Shown here in pieces: positions 18,877 through 30,200 of a stretch of DNA of 64,000 nt. Under the pieces are notes generated by a model. It had not been told where the DNA came from. It was given only the letters and a program-made list of their open reading frames with translations, and did not search any database. Every line of letters starts with the position of its first letter. Position 1 is the first letter of the stretch. Source of the stretch: a virus (lineage: Duplodnaviria > Caudoviricetes). Position numbers and translations under genes: made by a program. The DNA lies in IMG/VR virus record IMGVR_UViG_3300014043_000503, positions 32,001-96,000 of that record. One strand, written 5' to 3'.

Positions 18877-20142
18877 ATGGCACAAAAAGAATTTAAGTAC
18901 ATCAAGGGAGCCTATGAACAGGGTATGCCAGCCGACATATGCTTCTACTGTGATGTCGAGAGCTGGAACTGCGAGGATTTCCTCTGGGAGTTCCACTACC
19001 TTGAAAACTACGTCATGCCCTCAATCATCAGGATCCACATCAATTCAGGTGGCGGCAGGGTCGTTGACGGCATGAGCGTGTTTGCAGCCATCCAGAACAG
19101 CAAGTATCCGACACATACCATCAACGACGGCATTGCCGCCTCGATGGGTTCCATCATCTGGGCAGCAGGAAAGGAGATGTTCATGAAGGACTACGCCCTG
19201 CTGATGATCCACAATCCATTCATGGAGATGGGTGCGGCAGACGAGAACTCGAAGGCCGCCATTGAAGCCTTCAAGAACCAAATCAGCATCATCTACCAGA
19301 AGCGTTTCGGGATGTCTGAGGAGGAAGTCAAGGACATCATGGACGGAAAGGAGGGTGTTGACGGTACGTGGATGACCGCCCAGCAAGCCATTGAGAAGGG
19401 TTTCATCGACCAGCTTCACATCATCGAGACCCCTGAGGTTGTCAGGCAGAGGGTTGCCGCAGCCGTTGAGGGCGTGAGGAACGTGAAGGCCATTTCACTC
19501 GTGATGGAATCCGAAAGCGAAATCTGGAACAAATCCGAAAATCATATTGTTGAACCAAAAAAAGAGAAAATGACAGAAAAGGACATCAAGGTTTTTGCCG
19601 CTCAGGTCGGAATGGCTGAGGGTGAAATCACCGAAGAGAAGGTTTCTGCCCGTCTCGCCCAACTCATGAAGGCCGAATCTGAGGCCAAGGCTTCAGCCAA
19701 GGAGCTTCTGGAGGCAAGGGACGAGCTGAAGACCGTGAAGGCCGATTTCGACAAGGTTAGCATCGAGCTTACCGGAGCCAAGAAATCGGTTGAGAATCTG
19801 ACAAACGACCTCAAGTCTGCCAAGGACGAGCTTCAGAAGTATCGCGACGCAGAGGCAGAGGCTTTGAACAAGTCTATCGAGGAAAAGGTCGATGCCGCCA
19901 TTGACGTGTGCAAGATCGGCAAGGAAGACCGTGAGACGTGGATTGAGATGTTCAGGAACAACTTCGAGCTTGCCGAGAAGACCCTTGCCACCATCCCAGC
20001 CCGCGAAGACCTCTCAGGAAAGCTGAACACACCTGAAGCCAAGGACAAGGCCAAGGAAGGCATGAAGACCGAGGAGGAGAAGGTGAAGGAAGTTGTTGAC
20101 AACACCGTCGGCAAGGACTTCAAGTTCCGTAAGTTGAGCTAA
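18877..20142 (+). CDS. ClpP-type prohead protease with C-terminal scaffold-like coiled coil
   Basis: HINSGGG.V, GIAASMGS, LMIHNP and TWMTAQQAIEKGFID motifs. Confidence 0.85.
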   Translation: MAQKEFKYIKGAYEQGMPADICFYCDVESWNCEDFLWEFHYLENYVMPSIIRIHINSGGGRVVDGMSVFAAIQNSKYPTHTINDGIAASMGSIIWAAGKEMFMKDYALLMIHNPFMEMGAADENSKAAIEAFKNQISIIYQKRFGMSEEEVKDIMDGKEGVDGTWMTAQQAIEKGFIDQLHIIETPEVVRQRVAAAVEGVRNVKAISLVMESESEIWNKSENHIVEPKKEKMTEKDIKVFAAQVGMAEGEITEEKVSARLAQLMKAESEAKASAKELLEARDELKTVKADFDKVSIELTGAKKSVENLTNDLKSAKDELQKYRDAEAEALNKSIEEKVDAAIDVCKIGKEDRETWIEMFRNNFELAEKTLATIPAREDLSGKLNTPEAKDKAKEGMKTEEEKVKEVVDNTVGKDFKFRKLS

Positions 20143-20176
20143 AAATCATTCAAAATCAAATTAAATTATTCAAGTA

Positions 20177-21286
20177 ATGGCTACATTCAGTTTTGGCGCC
20201 GGTACGAGCAATTACAATGGTGAGGTTCTTGAGGATCTTCTCACCTATACCGCGCAGGAAAATGAGACCTACAAGGAGGGACTCATTCATATCAAGTCGG
20301 GTATCCAGAAGAAGTACACCCTGCCATCCATCCAGCTTGGAACCATCATCCAGGATCGCAAGGCCACTCCCCTGTCGCCCAATTTCTCGGCTGCAACCCC
20401 CACCGTGGACGCAACACGCATGGGTCTTTCCATTGACAGCCTGGGTACTTACACCTTCGCTGAGCGTTATCTGGAGCCTGAGGACTTCATGATCTACATC
20501 GAGTTCAATCCCCGCGACTTCGAGGACTACTACAAGCCCTTCCAGCCCACTGGCACGCTTGTGTTCCGCGAGCTTGACCCCAAGGTGCAGGCTACCATGC
20601 TCCGTCTGCTGATGGAGCGCAAGAACCAGTACATCAACCATGCCATCTGGTGCGCAGCCAAGAATGCAAGCAAGTACACCGGCACGGCTCCTTCTTCTGG
20701 CAGTGCTGCTGCTGAGATTGGCGCCAACGACGTTGCAGGCCCCATGAAGTATTTCGACGGAGCCATCGCACGCATCCTCCAGAACGCCGTCGCAGCATCC
20801 GACAGCGAGGACGCACGCAGCGGCAAGGTCGTCATCACCGGCTCTACCTTGTTTGCTGACGGTCAGGCTGTCGAGGCAGAGCTCTTCGCCATGCACGAGG
20901 CTACTCCGAAGCAGATCCGCAAGAACCCAGGTCTCGTCTATCTGATGGACTACAAGTCTTGGGATGCCTACTCGAAGTACGTCTCTGCAAAGACCTACAA
21001 GTACACCGACAACACTCAGGAGAACCAGTTCCGTTTCCGTGGCAAGCGCATCATCCCGATGGTTGCACTTCCCGACGATACCATCGTCCTGGGTAACTTC
21101 ACCTCTGGAGTCGATTCTAACCTCTGGATGGGCGTTGACTACGCAGACGCTGAGAACGTCGTGCAGATCGACAAGCTCCAGAACAACTCAGAGCTTTACT
21201 TCTTCAAGGCCCTCTTCAAGATGGACGTGAACATCGTGAAGCCCTCTGAGATCGTCGCCCACGTTCCTTACACCTATGCTCCTTAA
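20177..21286 (+). CDS. major capsid protein
   Basis: 369 aa directly after protease; strongly biased high-expression codons. Confidence 0.7.
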   Translation: MATFSFGAGTSNYNGEVLEDLLTYTAQENETYKEGLIHIKSGIQKKYTLPSIQLGTIIQDRKATPLSPNFSAATPTVDATRMGLSIDSLGTYTFAERYLEPEDFMIYIEFNPRDFEDYYKPFQPTGTLVFRELDPKVQATMLRLLMERKNQYINHAIWCAAKNASKYTGTAPSSGSAAAEIGANDVAGPMKYFDGAIARILQNAVAASDSEDARSGKVVITGSTLFADGQAVEAELFAMHEATPKQIRKNPGLVYLMDYKSWDAYSKYVSAKTYKYTDNTQENQFRFRGKRIIPMVALPDDTIVLGNFTSGVDSNLWMGVDYADAENVVQIDKLQNNSELYFFKALFKMDVNIVKPSEIVAHVPYTYAP

Positions 21287-21321
21287 CCGGGGAGCATAGG
21301 CTTCATTTAAGAACCTAAAGA

Positions 21322-21750
21322 TTGCAAGATATGGCAAGAAAAGCAAGTACAAAGAAGGATGAGCAGGAGACCAAGGTTGAGAATCCCGAAGTCAATGCTC
21401 CCGAAACCAAAGAAGAAGTGACGGAAGAGACCAAGGCTGAAGAGACCGAGGCCACCGCTCCAGAGACCAAGGTCGAAGAGCCTGAGGCTACAGCCCCCGA
21501 GACCAAAGAGGAGGAAAAGGCACCTGAGGAGACGAAGGGCGAGAAATCCCCCGAAAAGGAGAAAGAGGCTGAGAAGACGGAGGAAGAGCCTGTCATTCCA
21601 AAGAACGTAGATGCAGTTCTGAAGCTGTATCCTAACTATCGGAAGCTGTGGGTTGACGCAAGGGGAATCCGCAAGTTCCCTGAGAAAACCCCCAAGGCAC
21701 TTCTCGATGGTTGCACTCTTTACACCAACCCGTATTTCAACAACCAGTAA
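21322..21750 (+). CDS. acidic low-complexity protein with (A)PETK repeats
   Basis: ETKVENPEVNAPETK / ETKAEETEATAPETK / ETKVEEPEATAPETK repeats, C-terminal YTNPYF. Confidence 0.65.
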   Translation: MQDMARKASTKKDEQETKVENPEVNAPETKEEVTEETKAEETEATAPETKVEEPEATAPETKEEEKAPEETKGEKSPEKEKEAEKTEEEPVIPKNVDAVLKLYPNYRKLWVDARGIRKFPEKTPKALLDGCTLYTNPYFNNQ

Positions 21751-21765
21751 TAAAAATTCAAGCAA

Positions 21766-23136
21766 ATGCCTACAAACACTAATTTGGGTGGTGTCTTCAT
21801 GAAGGACACTGACGGCAATCTGAACACCGGTACATACCTGAGTTCCGAGAACGTCTGTGGTATCATCTTTGACACCAAGGTCGTTGGAGGTCTCGCAGCA
21901 GCTCTCGGAAGCGGCGATGCTGCCACCAACTTTGCAAATGGCAATGTGGTTGAACTGAACACGATGGACGATATTGCCGCAGCAGGTATCACCTCGTCCG
22001 TCATGTGCGGTCTGCCATTGTTCCATCTGACCCAATTCTTCCAGCTGGCAGGCGACAATCAGCGTTTGTTCGTGAGCTTCATGGACTCCACGTCCGATGC
22101 AAGCTTCACGGCTATTGAGCAGATGCAGCTGGCAGCCAAGGGTCTTATCTATCAGATCGGCGTATGGACAGGTGAGGCTATCGCTACCGCTCCTGAAGGC
22201 AATGGCGACTACAACGTAGTTACCAACGGAGTCCTCTCCAAGCTTCAGGCACAGGCAGAGGTTCTCGGCGGCAGGATCGGCCAGACGAACTTCGAGGGCA
22301 ATGCCCCCGTCAACATCGTCCTCACGGCTCCCATCATCAATGCCGCCACGTGCGACTACAACAAGCTCCCCGACCTGACATCCCTGAATATGCCGAAGGT
22401 GACTATGCTCGTCGGTCAGGCTGCAGGCAAGGAAGTCCACGACATCCAGCTTGCCCTTGCAACGTCCGTCGGCGAGACTACGAGCTATGCACTCGTCGGC
22501 TGCGTCGGTGCAGTCCTCGCTTGCCTGGCCGTTGCTCCAGCTGATGAGAGCATTGCCCACGTTGAGAACTTCAACATGGCTCAGGCAATGACGTCTGCGG
22601 AGCTCGGTTTCGGCAACCTTACCGTTACGAGCGGAGCCTACAATGCCGCTGCATCGTTCACCAACATTGACACCATCGGTTACACCAAGCGCAACACCAA
22701 GCTCCACCAGAAGGGCTATGTCTTCCTGACCACCCTCGACGGCATTGAGAACGGCGTGTTCGCTTCCAGTGACCAGACTCTCTCTACGGGCGACTACCGC
22801 CTTATCTCCCGCTGCCGTGTGATGCACAAGTCTCGCAGGGTTGTCCGTCGCTCCCTCCTCCCCTACGTCAACCAGACCTGGGAAGTTGACTCAGCCACGG
22901 GAACGCTCGGTGAGGATGACATCACCATCATCTCCAACACGGTTTACAGGGCCATTGATAACAACATGGTTCAGCCCGGCACCTCGAATCCGCAGATCAG
23001 CGGCCGAGAGGTTGTCATCGACCCGAATCAGGACATCCTGTCCTCCGATCAGCTGTTGATCACCTACAAGCTGGTTCCGAAGGGTACTACGGCTGCCATC
23101 TATGTTACCGAAGGGTTTAGTTCAAGCATTGGTTAA
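21766..23136 (+). CDS. tail sheath protein 1 (DUF2586-like)
   Basis: KGYVFL, DY..ISR.RVMHK..R..R and IDPNQDILS sheath C-terminal motifs; precedes tube. Confidence 0.75.
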   Translation: MPTNTNLGGVFMKDTDGNLNTGTYLSSENVCGIIFDTKVVGGLAAALGSGDAATNFANGNVVELNTMDDIAAAGITSSVMCGLPLFHLTQFFQLAGDNQRLFVSFMDSTSDASFTAIEQMQLAAKGLIYQIGVWTGEAIATAPEGNGDYNVVTNGVLSKLQAQAEVLGGRIGQTNFEGNAPVNIVLTAPIINAATCDYNKLPDLTSLNMPKVTMLVGQAAGKEVHDIQLALATSVGETTSYALVGCVGAVLACLAVAPADESIAHVENFNMAQAMTSAELGFGNLTVTSGAYNAAASFTNIDTIGYTKRNTKLHQKGYVFLTTLDGIENGVFASSDQTLSTGDYRLISRCRVMHKSRRVVRRSLLPYVNQTWEVDSATGTLGEDDITIISNTVYRAIDNNMVQPGTSNPQISGREVVIDPNQDILSSDQLLITYKLVPKGTTAAIYVTEGFSSSIG

Positions 23137-23155
23137 ACCATAAAAACTACAGATA

Positions 23156-23650
23156 ATGGCAACATACATCAATCACGTCGCATACTCCTGGAGTATGATT
23201 CAGTTGAAGACCACGCTTGCCGGTGATGCCGGTGGTGAAAGCGGTCTGCTCATCGACGCCACTGCTATCAACTGGAACGTTAACCGTCAGGTTGACAACA
23301 TCTACGGTCTGGGAGGTCAGCCCCGTGGCCGTGGCTTTGGAAACGTTGAGTATTCGGCTTCCATCACGCTCCCCTATGCCACTCAGGTTACGCTCCGTGC
23401 GAAATCCGAGAACGGAACCCTGATGGGTCTGGGTGACTTCGATCTCGTCGTGAGCTTCACCAACGATCTCTCCCAGTCGGCCAACACCGAGACGATCACC
23501 CTGTCAGAGTGCTTCTTCACCCAGGGAGGCATGAGCGCACAGCAGAACGATACTTCTCTCACACAGGAGTTTGACTTGCATCCGTACCGCATCTTCAACC
23601 CCAAGGCGCAGTCAACTGCCACTTGGTCGTTCGAAATGTACAGCAAGTAA
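23156..23650 (+). CDS. tail tube protein
   Basis: IN..AYSW, IYGLGGQPRGRGFGNVEYSASITL motif. Confidence 0.75.
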   Translation: MATYINHVAYSWSMIQLKTTLAGDAGGESGLLIDATAINWNVNRQVDNIYGLGGQPRGRGFGNVEYSASITLPYATQVTLRAKSENGTLMGLGDFDLVVSFTNDLSQSANTETITLSECFFTQGGMSAQQNDTSLTQEFDLHPYRIFNPKAQSTATWSFEMYSK

Positions 23651-23669
23651 CAACGGTTTGCTTAGACCA

Positions 23670-23703
23670 AAGAGGATATCTTTCGGGATATCCTCTTTTT
23701 TTT
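23670..23703 (+). terminator. rho-independent terminator
   Basis: AAGAGGATATC-TTTCGG-GATATCCTCTT plus T-tract. Confidence 0.8.
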
Positions 23704-23780
23704 CGTGATTTTTTAAGGAAAGTCCTTCACGCATTCTATTATAAAGCGATTTTAAGTCAAACCGTTTAAACATTTATTCT

Positions 23781-24251
23781 ATGGAAGAAACAATGAAAGC
23801 ACAGGAGACCGCAGGTGAGAACGTGGCTCCGGCAGTAGAGAACGCAAACCCTGAGAAGGAAGTTGAAACCGGCTCAATCAGCGGCGACCTGAAGGGGCTT
23901 ACGGACGAAATGCGTCAGGCCATCAGCGCGAAGATCGCTGAAATCAAGAAGGAGAAGAAGCTGAAGCGCGTCTATGCCATCGTCGTGTTCGGTGACGATG
24001 AGGACGAGAAGGATGTCTATGTGGGCTACTTCAGGCGTCCTGACTTCCCGACCTACACCATGTTCTCCATGAAAGCCGCCAACGACCCCATCCAGGCATC
24101 GAGGATGCTTGCCCAGAACTGCTTCGTGGCAGGTGACAAGGAACTGGTGGACGATGATGACCTGTTCTCGTTCGGACTGGCAGCGCACATCACCGCCCTC
24201 ATCGAAGGAAGGGACTCTGAACTGGTAAAAGGTTCGAGCGTTGGCAAGTAA
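23781..24251 (+). CDS. tail assembly chaperone (G-like)
   Basis: Between tube and TMP; GYFRRPD and NCFVAGD motifs. Confidence 0.65.
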   Translation: MEETMKAQETAGENVAPAVENANPEKEVETGSISGDLKGLTDEMRQAISAKIAEIKKEKKLKRVYAIVVFGDDEDEKDVYVGYFRRPDFPTYTMFSMKAANDPIQASRMLAQNCFVAGDKELVDDDDLFSFGLAAHITALIEGRDSELVKGSSVGK

Positions 24252-24436
24252 AGGATGACGGGCTTCGCCAGCGCTACATCTTCATAGCGTACTACTTCCC
24301 CCACATAAGGATTGAAGAGCTCGACGATGAGCAGTTTGCCTTCTGGTCTGAGAATGCGCTCTACATGCACAGCCAGGTATTACAGGGAATGCAGGCTCAG
24401 GCTTTAGGAGCGGCTTTCGGGGGAGCGGCTAAATAG
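24230..24436 (+). CDS. -1 frameshift extension of tail chaperone (GT-like)
   Basis: Start-less open -1 frame RFERWQVKDDGLRQRYIFIAYYFPH...AAK* entered at G GTA AAA G (24224-24231). Confidence 0.6.
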   Translation, partial: RFERWQVKDDGLRQRYIFIAYYFPHIRIEELDDEQFAFWSENALYMHSQVLQGMQAQALGAAFGGAAK

Positions 24437-24439
24437 GGT

Positions 24440-25790
24440 TGAGAGTTTTGATAACCGCCAGCCCTTTTTCTAAGGAACTGCAAACCTGTCTTTTGTCAGA
24501 CTGGATTTACTGCATTGGCGTTTCATAGGGTGTCTGTTGACATTGCCCTCACCGCCCAGAACCCCGTTTCCTTACGGGGTTTTATTTTTTATCGCAACCA
24601 AAGCTTGAGGGTGCAAGCCAAACTGCAATATGTTCTTAGCTGCATTGACATCCCTGTCATGATGTTCTCCACATACAGGACACGTCCATTCTCTCACTTT
24701 AAGGTTTTTCACTTCTTTATTTTGATGACCACAATTACTGCATATTTGTGAACTTGGATCAAAACGCCCAATAAACACAATGTTTTTCCCACGCCATTCA
24801 GCTTTATAGGTCAACTGTCTTACAAATTCATTCCAGGCAACGTCTGATATGCTTTTTGCAAGATGGTTATTTTTCAGCATTCCGCTAATGTTTAAGTCTT
24901 CCAGACACACAGTGTCATAATTCTTAATAAGGTTCGTTGACAGTTTATGAAGATAATCAACCTTTTGGTTTCTTACCTTTCTATATTGCCTTGCAACTTT
25001 TAACCTTAATATTTCATGACGCTTAGAGTGTTTATCGGTTCTTGCGAATTTTTGCTGAAGCCTTTTTAGTTTCTTTTCTCCACATTTAAAATGTTTTGGA
25101 TTAATATACTTTGTACCATCAGAAAGTATGGCAAAATCCTTGATTCCCAAATCAATACCAATGGCAGTTTCTTCTTGTATCTTGACTTTCGATACAATGG
25201 GATTGTCATCATCAACTGTGATTGAGCACCAATAATCGCCACATCTATCCTTATATACAGTTAACGTTCCTATTTTACAGGCAGATAGGTCAAATTTACG
25301 GTTTTTACACAGTTTAACCCAACCCACCTTTGGAATCTTTACCTTGTAATTGTCAAAATCAAAATGTACATTATTTATAAATTTACAAACACTCTTTGAA
25401 TGTTTCTTTGATTTAAATCTTGGAAAATCCGCTTTTGCTTTGAAAAATCTTGTAAAGGCATTATCGAGATTTCTCAATGACTGCTGCAACACGTTTATAG
25501 AGCATTCATTAAGCCATTTTGTTTCTTCTTGTTGCTTTAGAACCGTAAGTTCTTTAGCAAGCTGGATGTAAGTGAGATTTTTCTTGCTTTCTTTGTAAGC
25601 ATTGATTTTACGATCAAGACCCCAATTATATATGAAACGGGCACACCCGAAGAATTGGGACAACATACGTTGCTGTCTCACAGTCGGTTTAATCTTGTAT
25701 TTATACGCCCTTTCCATAATAGAAAACTTAAATTTTTTATTCTAATAGTATCTCAAGCCAACGAATATTTACAATCAATGTATTTTTTAA
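24440..25790 (-). mobile_element. TnpA-less tnpB element (ends approximate)
   Basis: AT-rich tnpB antisense to the tail operon; no tnpA; no canonical end hairpin recognised. Confidence 0.55.
24572..25717 (-). CDS. tnpB: TnpB RNA-guided endonuclease (IS200/IS605 family)
   Basis: [17 protein letters not shown] / EDLN / [10 protein letters not shown] RuvC triad intact, CSNC..CPVC zinc ribbon. Confidence 0.92.
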   Translation of the reverse strand: MERAYKYKIKPTVRQQRMLSQFFGCARFIYNWGLDRKINAYKESKKNLTYIQLAKELTVLKQQEETKWLNECSINVLQQSLRNLDNAFTRFFKAKADFPRFKSKKHSKSVCKFINNVHFDFDNYKVKIPKVGWVKLCKNRKFDLSACKIGTLTVYKDRCGDYWCSITVDDDNPIVSKVKIQEETAIGIDLGIKDFAILSDGTKYINPKHFKCGEKKLKRLQQKFARTDKHSKRHEILRLKVARQYRKVRNQKVDYLHKLSTNLIKNYDTVCLEDLNISGMLKNNHLAKSISDVAWNEFVRQLTYKAEWRGKNIVFIGRFDPSSQICSNCGHQNKEVKNLKVREWTCPVCGEHHDRDVNAAKNILQFGLHPQALVAIKNKTP

Positions 25791-25860
25791 GTTTTGTTAG
25801 CAAGGTTTGAAAATAAATAAATGGAGACTATCAAATCTATTATATAAAAATTATACCACA

Positions 25861-27186
25861 ATGCCCGGATTAGGAAAGGTAACACTTGGAACCGTCAGCG
25901 ACAATTCATATATCAACATATCGTTTGACGAAAGTATTTGCGGAATGCTGTTTGACTACAGTTCAGACAGCGGTGTTTTTGACGCTCACCAGCTGATAGC
26001 CACCAACTTTGCGGACGGCCAGACTGTCGTTCTGAACGGTCTCGGTGACGCTGAAGGCTACGGTCTGCTGGATGAGAGCTTCATGTACGGCATCCCAGCC
26101 TACCATATCAGGAGGTTCTATGAGTTTGCCGACGATGATGCCGAGCTTTATGTCATGTTCGCCTCCTGCATCGCTGAATCTCAGGTATATACGCCAGACT
26201 TCAGCTGCATCCAGACCATGCAGAGGGCCGCGAAGGGAAAGATATTCAACCTCGGTATCTGGACGGAGCAGAGCGTATGGCAGATGAACGGAGAGGAAAT
26301 AGGCTTCACCCCGCTCATAGGAAACATACAGTCTCAGGCCATGGAGCTGTGCGGAGGCGACGGCATGTTTGCCAACAACGTATCTCCGCTAACCGTCATC
26401 CTCAATGCCAACACGTCTTCCATTTCCGGCTCTGACAGTAGGGAGGTGGATTTCAAGCACCTGCCCTATGCCAATTCGCTCGAATGCAACAAGGTAACGC
26501 TTCAGATAGGCCAGGAATCCTCGGACAAGATACACTCCATGCAGCTCTCAACGGTCTCGTTGACACCCGTGGGGCTGATGGGCGTTGCACTCGGATTCCT
26601 CAACAGGGCGTCGGCTGAGGAAAGCATGGGCTTCGTAAAGAAATACGATATCAACGTAAACGACACCCTCCCAGACGTTGAGCTTGGATTCGGGAACGTC
26701 AGCGTGGGAGGCGACAACTACTACACCCCGCTATCAGACGTCAACAGGTTCCGCCAGAACATCATGTCTGAAAGCGGCTACGTGTTCCCGACCAGCTATA
26801 TCCCAAATGAAGGATCGCTGTACTTCAACAACGACCAGACCCTTTCCGAGAAGGACTTCAAGTACATATCAAGGAACAGGGTCATGAGCAAGGTGAAGCG
26901 CATCATCAGGAGCATCATGCTCCCGATGGTCAACGGCAGCCTCCTCGTGAACCATAAGACCGGCTACCTTGACAATGCCGAGATTACGGTCATCATGAGC
27001 AGGATTATCAGCGCGCTTGACGAATACCTCATCAATCCTGAAGGCCAGCTGCAAGTGGGCGGCAGGTGGGTTGACATCCCATTGGATCAGAAAGTGCTTG
27101 AAACGGATTCTATCAGCATGACCGTCCAGATCGTACCGCTCGACACCTCCGAGGTAATCAAGTTTGAAGACACGTATAGCATTTAA
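25861..27186 (+). CDS. tail sheath protein 2 (paralog of 21766..23136)
   Basis: Start re-called at MPGLGKV after CTATTAT; colinear motifs CGMLFD, MQRAAKG.I..GIWT, ELGFGN, DQTLS..D...ISR.RVM.K. Confidence 0.75.
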   Translation: MPGLGKVTLGTVSDNSYINISFDESICGMLFDYSSDSGVFDAHQLIATNFADGQTVVLNGLGDAEGYGLLDESFMYGIPAYHIRRFYEFADDDAELYVMFASCIAESQVYTPDFSCIQTMQRAAKGKIFNLGIWTEQSVWQMNGEEIGFTPLIGNIQSQAMELCGGDGMFANNVSPLTVILNANTSSISGSDSREVDFKHLPYANSLECNKVTLQIGQESSDKIHSMQLSTVSLTPVGLMGVALGFLNRASAEESMGFVKKYDINVNDTLPDVELGFGNVSVGGDNYYTPLSDVNRFRQNIMSESGYVFPTSYIPNEGSLYFNNDQTLSEKDFKYISRNRVMSKVKRIIRSIMLPMVNGSLLVNHKTGYLDNAEITVIMSRIISALDEYLINPEGQLQVGGRWVDIPLDQKVLETDSISMTVQIVPLDTSEVIKFEDTYSI

Positions 27187-27211
27187 TCACCAAAAAAAAT
27201 AAGCATATATA

Positions 27212-30200
27212 ATGGCAGATAGGGTTTATTCAGTCAGATATGACATTGTTGCTGAAGCAGGCAAGGCTATAGAAACATTCAATTCCTTGCAGAATCCGCT
27301 TTATAATTTAAAGCGAAATTCGCAAAAGCTGTCTTCCAGCCTTATGACAACGGTAGAGCGGCTTAATACGCTTAAAGAGACTTTGGACAAAATCTCAAGC
27401 ACGAGCAGAAATATAGAAATAAGCGTTACCTTTGATATTGCCTCCTTTAATAGAAACCTGAAAGAAATGGAGCTAAACGCAAGGGCTTCTGCAAACAGGA
27501 TCAGGGGTACGTTTGAATCTGTTTTCAAGGATACTCATGGTGATTACATGAAAAAGCAATCTCTTCTCGGCACGCCAATAGAGCAGGGCGTGTCTTCGGG
27601 AGACAAGGAGTTGAGAAAGAGGCTAAAAAAGGAAAACAAGACTATGCAATCCCTTATTGGTAAAATGAGGGAAGCGAGAAAGCAGGCTGATATTTATACT
27701 ATAGCAAAAAGAAATCTGGCCGGTAATGTCAGCGAAAAAGATGCTATCAGCTCAATTTCGAGCATATGGAAGGGCTTTGGCAAAACATCACTGGCCAGTT
27801 TAAAAAAGAAGATAAGAGAAGGAGTTTATGATACGACTGTCTTATTGGATAAGGCTGAGAAAGACTTGTGGAGGTCTTTGAATGCAGGGGCGCTTGCTCC
27901 TTTGGAGAATGGTTCTTTTTTGAACCTTGTCGATGTGGCAAGAGATAATACTGACAAGATATTTAAAGCTATAGAAGAAAGAAGGAAGTCAAATATTGCA
28001 AATATAGCGTCAGTTCAGAAAGAGCAAAAGGATATTGCAAAGAATACAAAGCCGTTAATGGGTAGCCAAAAGGTTGTTCCGGGGCAACCTTTCCTTTCTG
28101 AAATATCAACCAATCCAAGGGAAATAGCAAAAATCAGCGAGGCATATACAAAAATGCTCAGGAATATCTCTAAGATAGGCAACAAGAACATTTCCGTAAA
28201 TGTACGTGGCAACTACAGAAGTCACATGGAAAGCCTTGCTGAATTTGCCAAGACAATGCCGTTATTGAAAAGTAGGACAGTTAAAGTTAACGTAAACGTA
28301 AGCGGTCTTTCAAAAACAAGTCTTTCAAAAATAAAGGAACTGAGTGGGATAACCGACAAGAAAGTCCCGGTTTCCCTTACATTGTCATACAAGAATGCAA
28401 GAGATCAGGTTCCACGTACCCTTGGCGTGCTTCAGAGGATCATCGCTGAAAGGGGAGGTGTAAAGGTTCCGCTCACTATAGACCGTACAAAGGTCGGTGG
28501 GCAGCTCAATAGCCTTGTCAGGAACCTCAGGACGCTTATAGCTGAGAACAGGCTGACAATCCCGGTCAACCTTCAGAGCCTTGACATGAAGAAGCCTAAG
28601 AACGTGCCGACCATTAACGTGAAGGCGAAGGTTACTGGCCTGACGAGTGCCGTGAGGGAGGCTAACAAGGCATTCCAGGAGAGGGTGAGGAACATGAAGA
28701 ACTCCCCTGCCCTTAAAATACCCATACAGCTGAAGTGGGGCGACAAGGAGAACAACATGAGGGCTCAGATCAAGCGTATGCAGTCTTCGATCCCAGCCCT
28801 GAAGGTAAGCGTTGACCTGACGCTTGCGAAAGCCCAGATAGATGACCTTGCAGCCTATATCCAGAGAAAGGGTATCATCAACATGGGTGCCATGTCAGGG
28901 CCTAAGTCTCAGGGGCCGTTCAGGAACTACAGGCCAGGCTCAGGTGAATCGTTCGCTGCTGGCGCTGTCGGTGGCGGAAGAAGAGGTTCTGGAGGTGGTG
29001 ACAGCGGAGGCCGTGTATATGGCGGCGGAGGCGAAGGCAGCAACTTCCTGACAAGGCTGAGAAGGTTCGCATACCCACTCACAGGAAACCTTTCCTACGG
29101 TGCATCATCCCCGATGGCCCTGCAGATGTTCAAGGATATGCCTGTGATGATGGGTGTGGGCGGTGCCATCGGTGCCGTGACGAACGGTATCGGACAGGCA
29201 TTCGAATATCAGGACACAATGCGAGTGGCAAGGTCTATCCTCGAAAGGAGCTATAAGGGCAACAACTTCGAGAAGGACTACAGGAACATGGAAATGACCG
29301 CGAGGAACGTTGCGAGGAATACCAAGTTCACAGGCAAGGAGGCTGCTGATGCCGTCCGCTTCATGGCTATGGCAGGACTGGACATCCCGAAGATCAACAG
29401 CTCCATCAAGCCTATCGCGGACATCGCCCTCATCGGCAGGAACAACCTCGGTGACATTGCCGACATCATGACCAACGTCCAGACCACCTACAAGATACCG
29501 GCAGACAAGATGGAGCGCATGGCAGACGCTATGGCCAACACCTTCACCAAGACGAACGTCGATATGATGATGATTGCGGAATCCCTGAAGTATGCGGGCG
29601 GTATCGCTCAGCTTACGGGAACGTCGCTCGGTGATTCGCTCGCCATGATCGGCATCATGGGTAACAACGGTATCCAAGGCTCGATGGCCGGTACTTCAAC
29701 CCGTATGATGATGCAGAACATGATACGCCCGAACAAGGGTCAGGCTGCCATGTGGAAGAGCCTCGGCATCAGCACCACGGACGAGCATGGCTTCGTGAAG
29801 GATCCAATCAAGCTCCTTGGTGAGCTGAAGGGCTACGTTGACAAGAAATACGGAAGCAAGGAATACATGGAGCTCGGAAAGGGCGAGGAGTTCAAGAACA
29901 AGGCTCTGGGAACGCTTGTCTCCAACATGTTCCGCGTCACCTCTACGGCTGGCGTGGCTGCCCTGCTGCGTGACTATGACAAGCTGGTAGAGCTTTCGGA
30001 ATCCAACAAGAGCAGTTCCATCAACGGACTCTCAAGCCGTCTCTCAGGCTTCCAGCAGAATGAGGTGAAGGGTCTTGTCGCAAAGGTTTCCTCGTCGCTT
30101 CAGGAGCAGATACTCCAGATTATCGAGAAGAACACGGGCTGGATCAAGCAGAAGCTCATAGAAGCTAACGAGTGGATGAGCTCGCCCGAGACAAAGAGCA

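Noticed and set aside
15050-22827. Long minus-strand ORFs (15050..15958, 16210..17313, 20156..20896, 21307..22827)
   Set aside because: Antisense shadows of strongly codon-biased structural genes; no motifs or start contexts
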